The translations under genes were made by a program, and so were the position numbers. Under the pieces are notes generated by a model. The model ran no database searches, was not told where the DNA came from, and saw only the letters and a program-made list of their open reading frames with translations. From the NCBI GenBank assembly GCA_008369845.1, contig MRSU01005229.1, positions 1 through 50,651 of the forward strand: DNA of 50,651 nt. The letters are read 5' to 3'. The DNA is from Trichomonas gallinae. Taxonomy: Eukaryota. Shown here one piece after another: positions 42,218 through 50,651 of the stretch (the first letter of the stretch is position 1; each line of letters begins with the position of its first letter).

Positions 42218-42782
42218 CAAAATTATTTTTGCAAACGTCCGCCTTTTCTAGACTTGACATGAAAAATTGCAGAAATAAGCTCATTATAGACAATTTAATT
42301 CATTTTTCACTTTATTTTTCGATCTTTAGCTAAATTTCAATAGAAAATTTTAAAATCAAGTGTTTTCGTTGATTTTGGAAGATATATATCTTAATTTCAA
42401 CTAATCGATCTTATTTATAATGATTACAATAAGTAATTCTTTATTTTGAAATTGCTCAATTATTAAAATCTTAAAATCATCAAATAATAACCAAAAATCC
42501 CATATAATATCAACTGCTATGCACTTAAAATGCTATATTTACTGATTAAGTTCGTTATTTTGTAATTTTTTTTTTATATCAATGAAAATTATATCCCAGA
42601 GCTCTGCATAATAATTCATATGCTCAATAACATCCATTGGCTCACTCAAGCATCAATTGTTACAATTATTCAATAATTTGATGAATTTATTAGCTAAATA
42701 TTGCTATTTGTGCTTGCATCATGAATTATTTTTAAAAATTCAGTGTTCTGTATTATTTTAATTTGGATAGATATAAAACATT

Positions 42783-43862
42783 TTAATTACATTCATGGGA
42801 AGCTTCATTAAAACAATTATGGCAAAAATATGAGTGGCATTTCATACATTCAGTTGTTTGCAATGAGCCGCAGCAACAACAAGGCTTGCAATCAATATTT
42901 TTGATTATCGAGTTTTCTTTTGGAACAGTTGTTTTTTGTTCAAGCTCAACAACTCTTTGACTGATTTCATCAATTGTTTGTGACAATTTTGATACTGTTT
43001 CTTGATATTCTTCGATTATTTCTGAATTTTCTTCTTTTTCTGTCTTTTCTGGCGTATTTTTAACAACAGCTGGAATTTCTTTTTGTTTCAGATACTTATT
43101 CTTAAGCTCATTGATTCTAATTGTTGAAACTGTTTCTAAATTTGATTTTATTTCGTTTTTCTTGAATTGAACGGCAATATCAACTGGAGACTGTCCTTTG
43201 TCGTTTAAAACTGATATATCAAAATACGCACTCAGTAGAATTTGGCATAAATCCCAATCATTTTGTCTAACTGCAATATGAATCGGCATATTACCTATTG
43301 ATGACTTCTGCAGCACATTTGCAGACTTATACTTAAAATGATTGGCATTTGTATCTATTTTTGAAAAGTTTCCATCATATTCAATTGATGGCAAAGGTTG
43401 AGTTAACAATAAAACTTGAGAATGTCGTAAATTAGTAGTAGCAACGTGTAATGCTGTTGTGAAATGGCCTTCTGGAGCATTTATTGGATCAATAATCGGA
43501 AAATCTATGTTTTCTTGAATGCCTTGATACTTTAAAAGTACTTTCATGCATTCAGGATCATTTGTACACGCAGCATAGTGTATTGCTGCCCAGCCATTCA
43601 CATAATGAAATAAATTCGGATGTTTGGTTTCTAAAATATATTGCAAAATTTCGGGCTGTTCGCATAAAATTGTGTAAATAACTATTGTAGGATGCTTAAT
43701 ACTTGGAAATGGATAAACATTAGATTTATTTATAACTTCTATTTCGTTTTCTGCTATAAATGGTCTATCAATATCATTCTTGCCAATCCAAGAAGTCTTG
43801 ACAGAGGCTAAATCCCCTGTTTGAATTGCAGTAATCAGTTCTTCTTCATAACTTTTTTTCAT
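42783..43862 (-). CDS. Ankyrin-repeat protein with a coiled coil and a C-terminal Cys/His zinc finger
   Basis: GWAAIHYAA, TTALHVA, GNMPIHIAV, GQSPVDIA; C-terminal CCCCG..ECMKCHSYFCHNCF...HEC. Likely start MKKSY at 43862. Confidence 0.88.
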   Translation of the reverse strand: MKKSYEEELITAIQTGDLASVKTSWIGKNDIDRPFIAENEIEVINKSNVYPFPSIKHPTIVIYTILCEQPEILQYILETKHPNLFHYVNGWAAIHYAACTNDPECMKVLLKYQGIQENIDFPIIDPINAPEGHFTTALHVATTNLRHSQVLLLTQPLPSIEYDGNFSKIDTNANHFKYKSANVLQKSSIGNMPIHIAVRQNDWDLCQILLSAYFDISVLNDKGQSPVDIAVQFKKNEIKSNLETVSTIRINELKNKYLKQKEIPAVVKNTPEKTEKEENSEIIEEYQETVSKLSQTIDEISQRVVELEQKTTVPKENSIIKNIDCKPCCCCGSLQTTECMKCHSYFCHNCFNEASHECN

Positions 43863-44062
43863 TGAATTTATTGACAAGTAAAGCATAAATATGCCATGTA
43901 AAATATTCAATAAGCATTATTTGGCAAGTAAAGCGTCAATTTACGAAATATCGAGAAAAGTCATAAATAATACAAGCATTTATACGTTACATTATATTAT
44001 TTTGAACATGTAAAATACAATAATAATTGGTATCTAAAAGTAACATTATCAATTTTAATATA

Positions 44063-46048
44063 TTATTTTTGTTTCTCTATTTCGCTTGCGAAGAATTTTG
44101 CTGCTTCTCCGTAATCCATTTCGGATGCTCCTAATATATTGAGTTTAACTCTAGACTCAGTATTGAAATTATCTAATTTTGCCCTCAGTTTAACTTTCAT
44201 GTATTTGAAGAACAACGGCACTACGTGTTCTCTGACTTTATCTTCAGGAATCCCTTGCATCTCATCATGAACTTCGTTAACTTTCTTGTTGAATATCATC
44301 TCGCCAACCTGGTCATTACCTATGACACTTGCGAAAGCCATTCCGCTGAAGTCTGTCAGTTTTGCTGTGAACATCCATCTCCAAGAAGGAGTCCTTACCT
44401 GCTGGCACTTATCACAAAAGTATGTTCCATCGTTGTTCTCCGATAAGCCTTTGTTCTTGCACTCTTCGTTCGGGCAAGCTGGATAGCAGAATTTCTTGTT
44501 AGTCATCAAGTCCGTCAGCAAAACATATGACATCACAACATCAGGTTTTTCGCCCATTCCTAAACCTTGCTCGTCAACGGCACTCAAGTGGACTAATGGG
44601 GCAGAGCCAGACATGCCCATGTCGCCTGAAGACAGCGACTTCATCTCGCTGGAGTTGTACTGACCAGTTTGCATCCACCAAGCCTGCAAAGCGTTAGTTT
44701 CTGGTAGTTCTGGATTGATTTGAACAGTTCCATCAAACATTGAAAGCGATTTTCCACGGAAAGTGTTAACTCTTGCGCCACTTACTGCTATAACGAATCC
44801 TGGGTCATCTGGTGTTTTGTTTGTTAACTCGCCGAATAATGTAAGCTCTACTTTTGAATTTGTCTCGTCGACAAGTTCGAGTCTTCTCCTCATACCTGTG
44901 TTTCCTTTCTTAGAAACGTATGAAGAGGCCTGGTCGCATATTGTGACGTATCCTATGACGTCGAGTGTAGCATTTTCTGGTTTGTCAGCAATTTGATCAA
45001 TTTTTGTAAAATGAAAAGTAATTCCAGAGATTTTTCCATCATCTACATCCTCATCGAATGTTGTTGCATCATCGAATGTGATTTCGTAGTCGTTTCCTGT
45101 ATTATTGTATCTTGAATCTGCTTTTTTGATTCTTCCACTTTTAACTCTGTAAACCGCATTAAGCCTGATTTTTCCCTTCATCCTGTCAACATTGTCGTTG
45201 AAGAAAGTGCCTCGGATAACAGTTCCAGCTTCATCTTTTAATGTAATACTCCAAACCTTTCCTGGGCCATTTCTGCCATTGTATGTTTTTTCATCTCCAG
45301 TTGCGATAACTTTGACTTTGATAACCCAGCCGTTATTTGTGTAATTATTCAGAACAGAGACGGGCGTGATGTTTTCTGTTTTCATCTGCCTTGACGGATA
45401 ATTAGTAGGTGGTGCTGGCCTTGGTAGTGTTCCTGGCTGTGGTTGTTGATATGATGGCTGTTGGTATTGATTTTGATTATAATTATTTTGGTATTGATTC
45501 TGAATTTGGTTATAAGATGGTGGAGGTGGTGGTTGGTATGCTGGAGGTGGAGGAGGCTGATAAGCTGGTGGTGGTGGTGGGGGAACATAAGCAGGAGGTG
45601 GAGGTGGTGGCTGGTATGCTGGAGGTGGAGGTGGTGCGTAATGTTCCTGTTGTGGCTGGTTTGAAGGAGCTTGTGGTGCAGAATATTGATTAGAGCTGGC
45701 CGCAGACGAATTATCATTCAGTTTGATTGGCTGTGGACGACCTAGAATTCCTGTACAGTCATTGCTAACAACTTCAGCATCGAGAATAACAATTGATTGA
45801 CGATTTCCTTTATTAACGACGAATCTTTTAAGTTTGATGAGTGAAAATCTTTTAAGAGTTCCATCTTCATATAAATGTCTCTTTTGCGATGCAAGAATGC
45901 CTGAATAATAATGTTCAGTATCATTTAATGCAAGTTTGAGCTGATTACTGTGCGTAATCTTGCACTCAATAACCTGCACAATCTGATCAGCAGACTTTGC
46001 ATCATTGCATACAATGTTCATAAGGCAATCTTTAGTAATCAAATCCAT
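44063..46048 (-). CDS. RPA1: Replication protein A 70-kDa subunit
   Basis: N-terminal OB fold (LALNDTEHYYSGILASQ), DBD-A (WVIKVKV...G.IRGTFFN), DBD-B (LDVIG..RRLELVDET), DBD-C with zinc ribbon YPACP..CKNK...YFCDKC. Confidence 0.95.
   Translation of the reverse strand: MDLITKDCLMNIVCNDAKSADQIVQVIECKITHSNQLKLALNDTEHYYSGILASQKRHLYEDGTLKRFSLIKLKRFVVNKGNRQSIVILDAEVVSNDCTGILGRPQPIKLNDNSSAASSNQYSAPQAPSNQPQQEHYAPPPPPAYQPPPPPPAYVPPPPPPAYQPPPPPAYQPPPPPSYNQIQNQYQNNYNQNQYQQPSYQQPQPGTLPRPAPPTNYPSRQMKTENITPVSVLNNYTNNGWVIKVKVIATGDEKTYNGRNGPGKVWSITLKDEAGTVIRGTFFNDNVDRMKGKIRLNAVYRVKSGRIKKADSRYNNTGNDYEITFDDATTFDEDVDDGKISGITFHFTKIDQIADKPENATLDVIGYVTICDQASSYVSKKGNTGMRRRLELVDETNSKVELTLFGELTNKTPDDPGFVIAVSGARVNTFRGKSLSMFDGTVQINPELPETNALQAWWMQTGQYNSSEMKSLSSGDMGMSGSAPLVHLSAVDEQGLGMGEKPDVVMSYVLLTDLMTNKKFCYPACPNEECKNKGLSENNDGTYFCDKCQQVRTPSWRWMFTAKLTDFSGMAFASVIGNDQVGEMIFNKKVNEVHDEMQGIPEDKVREHVVPLFFKYMKVKLRAKLDNFNTESRVKLNILGASEMDYGEAAKFFASEIEKQK
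45512..45640 (-). repeat. Proline-rich coding repeat (P4-6AY) in the RPA1 linker
   Basis: Encodes YAPPPPPAYQPPPPPPAYVPPPPPPAYQPPPPPAYQPPPPPSY; seen on + as ggtggaggt runs. Confidence 0.9.
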
Positions 46049-46065
46049 AATGAATACTGAAGCGG

Positions 46066-46075
46066 AAAAGTGACA
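46066..46075 (-). promoter_or_regulatory. TGTCACTTTT initiator-type element upstream of RPA1
   Basis: About 18-27 nt upstream of the ATG. The same element precedes the GNAT gene and the 46761 gene (GTCACTTTTT at 46731). Confidence 0.6.
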
Positions 46076-46760
46076 AGAAGGAATTTCCCCGCTATAATTT
46101 TCATTTCTCTTCCTTTTTTTATAAATGAAATTCTCTATTTATATGTGTTAACAATGACGCATTATTTTTAAAAAATCTAAAAAAGATGAAATTTTGCACT
46201 GAATACATGTAAAAAAGGCTAAATTAATATCCATAATTTTTCTAACATTATCGTATTTGTCAATTGAAATAGGGATGAAACTTTTTATTACATTTCTTCC
46301 AAATTAAATACAATCAATATCGTTTTAAAAATTAAAAAATTGAATTATATTACGCATGTATATCGTGATGTTATCTTTAATAAGTGTATTTTAGATTCGA
46401 AATTCAATTTGAACATATTTTTCTGACGTAGGCATAATAGATTTCAGTTTATTATTGCTATGAATTTATATATCATAAGTAAAAGACTTTAGCTAAATTT
46501 AATATTTCCAAAATATATTATCTTTGATGAAATCAACTATAATGGTTTACTATAAAAAATTCGTCAATTACAAAGGTAATGAAACTTCATTAAATAGGTA
46601 CAATGATATTTGGAGTAAATATATGCGATGTGCCTATTTCCTGCTGCAGTTAGATCCTACTGGAAAATTCATCAATCGCATTTGTCTATTCAATGACTTC
46701 TTCCCCAAGGACTGGAAAATAGTTTTATTTGTCACTTTTTATAATACGTTATTTTAGGAA

Positions 46761-46943
46761 ATGGAAGTTTCCGAGGAGAAATTAGATCGCATCAGAATTG
46801 AAAACGAAAAATATCTCAGGAAGCACCCTGAATTGCATGATATGATTAGCGAATTCATGGTTGCTCTTTTAAAGGATAAACCTCAGGATGTTCTCCAATA
46901 CGCAATTGTTTTCTTCACATCTCAGCACACAGAACCAGAATGA
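46761..46943 (+). CDS. Small RIIa/Dpy-30-type dimerisation-docking domain protein (RIIAD1-like)
   Basis: RIENEKYLRKHPELHDMISEFMVALLKDKPQDVLQYAIVFFT; GTCACTTTTT about 20 nt upstream. Confidence 0.8.
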   Translation: MEVSEEKLDRIRIENEKYLRKHPELHDMISEFMVALLKDKPQDVLQYAIVFFTSQHTEPE

Positions 46944-47104
46944 CCACCTCTATACTCTTAAAATTAGCAACGCTAGTTATATTTGTTATAAAAAAAAATA
47001 AAATATTCCTTATTTCTTCAAATCTATAAACAATCCAAAGGAACTTTCTTTAAAATTGATAGAAAATATTAAGATTTGAATAAAAAACTAAATAAAAAAA
47101 TAAT

Positions 47105-49702
47105 TTACTTATCCTCGGATTTGAGGTATCTAGAGATATGATTGAAGAATGACTTTCCAAATTTCCTTCTATTTCTCTGTAATTCCTCGTTATGCGCTGT
47201 TTGGCCCATCTTTGCCATATATTCTCTAATCTCTTGTTCGCCTACATCATAATAAGACAGTAATGTCTGTGCTATCAAATCATCAAGTTGTCCCTCAGTG
47301 CAAACATGCATCTTGAAGTGCAGCTCAATAACTGCATCAACGACTGGTGTCCATTCTTTGCTTTCTGGCTCAAACTTGCTCGTCTGCAAGAAAGAAAGTG
47401 TTGGACCGACAAAGTTATTCGTCATATTTCCAGGATCAAGGTGAATCGCCGCCCTAACGAATGTGATCATTGGCGCCAAAACAGTCGGATGGTCATACTG
47501 GTTCATCAATGAATTAGAAATGAACTCGAATATGTACATAAGAAGCTCATTGTCAACGAGACCTTCAGCCGGATTAGCAATTGCCACTCCAATCATTTCC
47601 AAGAACCTCTGCATCATCTCAACTTTCTGCCTCGTGTCATCTCCGAGTGGAGTCATCTGCCATGCAAGTGGAGAGATCGCCTGGTATATTTGTATGTTCG
47701 GTGGTATTAACGCTGCGATGCAGTCGTGTGCCCATGTGTGATCTGTCAGTTCTTTCGAGTTTAGTAAAGCTTTGATTGCTAGCGATAACTCTCTATACGA
47801 TTCCGTGCCTTTATCGACTGCAATAAGATTTATTATTAATTGCAATCCTGTGTGTTCCAAGCTAGCATAGATTGTCCTGATGAAATTCGACAAGAGCCTG
47901 TCGCTGCTGCAGGCTTCTTCAGCAACAGACTCCAAGAAAGCGAGGACTGGAGCGATATGCGTTGAGTCTTTGTGGTATGTCATAGACCTGACGAATTGAA
48001 GGATCATGTTGAGGTACTCGAGACGCTCTGTATCAGGCGTGTTCGAAAGCTGCTCCAAAAGCTTTATCATGCAGCCCTGGAAAAAGTCCGCTTGCTGGCC
48101 CTGCATGTGCTGGATCAAGATTCCTGACGTAGCCATCAAGTCCCCGTCTTGGTATTCAACGAGGTCCATGATTATCTGTGGATCAAAAGCAATCGAGTTG
48201 CCGGCGCGTTTTACTAAAGTAAACAGTTGATTTGATAGAGCTTTATGCATCTTTTCATTGTTATCTTGTATCATGGCTATTGTGTTTCTCACGAGTGACA
48301 TGAAGACCTGAGATTTTGGCTCTGACTCGAATATTTCGCAAACAGCAATAAAATATTGGCAAAACATATAATATCCGAGCATCAGGGATTCATCTTCAGG
48401 GAACTCCAATGAAACAAATGGGAAGAGAGTTTGAACAAAGCTAAATATGCAATCTTTGAATTCACGATTCTTGAAATTACGTGAAATTAAACATAAGATT
48501 GCAAGTACTGTATTTATGTTTTCTCTTAAGTCTACATTTTGTAGGACTTCATTTAGATACTGAAATGCTAATTCTCTGTTTCCTTTAACACATGTTTGTG
48601 ATATATGCTCAAGACTCTCGATAATTGCTTCATCGAGGCTATCAATGTCTGGCATTGTCTCAAAGAATACGGAAAGTCTGTTAACAAGGGTTTCCAACAC
48701 TGGCCCAATGAAATCTGGATTTAATGAAACAAATTTATCAAAGAATGGCGAAATACTAACAACTGTATCATTTACGGTTGAATTTAAGAATAATATAGCT
48801 AAATCTGCGTATCCTTCATATTGATTATATTGAAGTGCATAATAACCAGCTTCATTTAATAAAGAAGCGAGTGCAAGTTCTTTCTTTGCATTTACATTGC
48901 CTGTATCAAGTATGTTTTGAACAATAACAACTGGATTTAATACATTTAATACTTCAACTCTCTTTTCATCAGGCATTCCGCGTTTAATAATAGTTTCGAA
49001 AATATTTAATGTTTCAGGGCATGTTTCTTCGCTGTTAATTCCATTCCAAATCAATGTTAAAGATTCTTGATCAATAACAAAGTCCAAACTTACCCATTTA
49101 AGAAACATTCGCAAAGCCATGAATACATCAAGGCTGTTTGTAGCTGTAGATTGTATCAAATATTTCGTAACTTGCATATCAGAATGATCTGCTCTCATTG
49201 TGTCTTTAATTCGATTGTAAATTTGCTTATTTTCATATGTAAGACTCTCTGCATATGATCCAAATTCGCACATGAATTTAATTAAGCCTTTTTGATCATT
49301 TTGTTGATTAAATAAATTAAATAAATCTTCCCAGCAGCTCGGCCAATAATCTGGATATAAACGCCAGACAACTGAGACTCTAGACTGCGCTAAAACATTA
49401 ATGAAATCGCTATTTGTATTTAAATTCATACGGATTTGATAATTAAAGACAATATCTCGATAAGCTTGAATTAATTCAACTGGTATATTTGAGCCATTGA
49501 ACTTAATTATGTTTTTCATTTGTGTGTTCATCAATTTTACTATTAATGGTTCTTGCATTTGCGCATAATTTTCAATCACCAAGCGCGGAAATTCTTGATC
49601 TGAAGCCATACCATTAATAGCATCAAGTGCCTGGTTGCGCTCCTCAGGATCAGAATTTGGACCATAGCCAACCTGAGCTAATCTAATAAATTCATCAATC
49701 AT
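47105..49702 (-). CDS. Exportin-T (Los1/Xpo-t)-like karyopherin
   Basis: DPEERNQAL, LAQ...YPDYWPSCWEDL, IKDTMR, KWVSLDFV, IIKRGM resemble the exportin-T N-terminal HEAT region. ATG at 49702; the track start is GTG. Confidence 0.7.
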   Translation of the reverse strand: MIDEFIRLAQVGYGPNSDPEERNQALDAINGMASDQEFPRLVIENYAQMQEPLIVKLMNTQMKNIIKFNGSNIPVELIQAYRDIVFNYQIRMNLNTNSDFINVLAQSRVSVVWRLYPDYWPSCWEDLFNLFNQQNDQKGLIKFMCEFGSYAESLTYENKQIYNRIKDTMRADHSDMQVTKYLIQSTATNSLDVFMALRMFLKWVSLDFVIDQESLTLIWNGINSEETCPETLNIFETIIKRGMPDEKRVEVLNVLNPVVIVQNILDTGNVNAKKELALASLLNEAGYYALQYNQYEGYADLAILFLNSTVNDTVVSISPFFDKFVSLNPDFIGPVLETLVNRLSVFFETMPDIDSLDEAIIESLEHISQTCVKGNRELAFQYLNEVLQNVDLRENINTVLAILCLISRNFKNREFKDCIFSFVQTLFPFVSLEFPEDESLMLGYYMFCQYFIAVCEIFESEPKSQVFMSLVRNTIAMIQDNNEKMHKALSNQLFTLVKRAGNSIAFDPQIIMDLVEYQDGDLMATSGILIQHMQGQQADFFQGCMIKLLEQLSNTPDTERLEYLNMILQFVRSMTYHKDSTHIAPVLAFLESVAEEACSSDRLLSNFIRTIYASLEHTGLQLIINLIAVDKGTESYRELSLAIKALLNSKELTDHTWAHDCIAALIPPNIQIYQAISPLAWQMTPLGDDTRQKVEMMQRFLEMIGVAIANPAEGLVDNELLMYIFEFISNSLMNQYDHPTVLAPMITFVRAAIHLDPGNMTNNFVGPTLSFLQTSKFEPESKEWTPVVDAVIELHFKMHVCTEGQLDDLIAQTLLSYYDVGEQEIREYMAKMGQTAHNEELQRNRRKFGKSFFNHISRYLKSEDK

Positions 49703-49751
49703 AATTCTAAAGTCACAAAATTTTTGAAAAAAATCGGCAGAATTTTTTTCG

Positions 49752-49828
49752 AAATTTGACACGTAAATCTGACAATAAAATTTGACATTTAAAAATCTGA
49801 CAAGTATTTTGACAAATAAAATTTGACA
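49752..49828 (+). repeat. Six tandem AAAT(T/C)TGACA motifs upstream of the exportin-like gene
   Basis: Starts at 49752, 49765, 49778, 49793, 49805 (TATTTTGACA) and 49819; spacing 12-15 bp. Confidence 0.88.
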
Positions 49829-50139
49829 AGCAATATCTAACCATGAATAAGTGTTGCTTAATAAATTAAATAATAAACACGAAAATCGAATGAATCAGAT
49901 TTGCTTCTTCTAGTGATTTTACGACGCTAATGAATCATGTTTCTCTACAAGGATAGAACATCTCCAATAATTTTTTTTCCCCAAGTATGGCGTAATAATA
50001 CCATTACAGATTGTTGTTGATACATACATAACATGTGCAATATGATCACATAAAATAACCCATAAAAAACCAAAATTGAAGATCAAAATATGAGATTCTG
50101 ATATTCATAATGAAAAATTGACAAAGTTTTACAATTTAC

Positions 50140-50651
50140 ATGTCAGAAAAAATCGTTCTTGCATTTTTCGGCAGTTTCAATCCACCAACAAATGGGCATC
50201 TCATGGCAGCAACAATAGCCACCGATCATATGAAAGATCTAGGCTTTGATGTGCAACAGACTTTATTTGTACCAGCACATTCTGGTTATGGTAAACCAGG
50301 ACTTTTAACAGGTGAACAGCGCGCAGAAATGTTAGAGGCAATGGTTGTTCAAAAGCCATTCTTAAAAGTCGAAAGAAGCGAAATCGAAAAAGATACATGG
50401 TCAAGAACAATAGATACACTCCTATACTTAAGGAATAAGCATCAATGCAGGATTGTTGTTATCTGTGGCATAGATATTGTCGAAGCCTTCGAGACTCACT
50501 GGAGAGAACCTGATGTTAAAAGAATTTTAGACGAATTCGGACTCTGTATACTTCCTCGCGTTGAAGAGGCAGTTGATCTCAAAAGCAAGTGCAAATACAT
50601 TGAAGGTCATGATAAATTATTATATATAGTTGGATCTAATCCATTGAACTT
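50140..50651 (+). CDS. NMNAT: Nicotinamide/nicotinate mononucleotide adenylyltransferase (3' partial)
   Basis: Not in the ORF track. Manual translation: MSEKIVLAFFGSFNPPTNGHLMAA...PAHSGYGKPGLLTGEQRAEML...WSRTIDTL...ICGIDIVEAF..HW...ILDEFGLCILPR; eukaryote-type GSFNP-x-T-x-x-H motif. Confidence 0.92.
   Translation, partial: MSEKIVLAFFGSFNPPTNGHLMAATIATDHMKDLGFDVQQTLFVPAHSGYGKPGLLTGEQRAEMLEAMVVQKPFLKVERSEIEKDTWSRTIDTLLYLRNKHQCRIVVICGIDIVEAFETHWREPDVKRILDEFGLCILPRVEEAVDLKSKCKYIEGHDKLLYIVGSNPLN

Noticed and set aside
49752..49828. TTGACA as bacterial -35 boxes
   Set aside because: Flanking genes are eukaryotic, there is no consistently spaced -10 box, and CTGACA variants alternate.
50201..50419. 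72-aa minus-strand ORF
   Set aside because: Antisense to NMNAT.

Overview
AT-rich, gene-dense, apparently intron-less eukaryotic DNA with the hallmarks of a trichomonad (Trichomonas vaginalis or a close relative). The assignment is inferred from two IBP39-type initiator-binding-domain genes, TCA(C/T)T initiator elements just upstream of ATGs, TAA stops that double as TAAA polyadenylation signals, and expanded Myb, ankyrin and coiled-coil families. About 22 protein-coding genes are present, two of them missed by the ORF track because they run off the window (a giant coiled-coil gene at the left edge, NMNAT at the right edge). Recognisable products: PHO80/U-type cyclin, TRIC/TMEM38-like membrane protein, two IBD proteins, triple-CAP protein, Rab, two ankyrin proteins, R2R3-Myb, SMCR8-like DENN protein, BTB protein, calnexin, bacterial-type GNAT, multi-ASH protein, multi-EF-hand protein, RPA1, RIIa-domain protein, exportin-T-like protein and NMNAT. 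Most interesting observations: (i) three divergent intergenic regions each carry a same-orientation array of a different TGACA-core motif; (ii) a decayed DIRS/Crypton-type tyrosine-recombinase fragment cut off by an A25 tract, next to an ankyrin relic; (iii) an exact 52-residue period in the giant coiled-coil protein; (iv) candidate SMCR8 and TRIC homologues and a likely laterally acquired GNAT. All family calls are by eye from motifs; no database search was run. No rRNA, tRNA or CRISPR array was seen.
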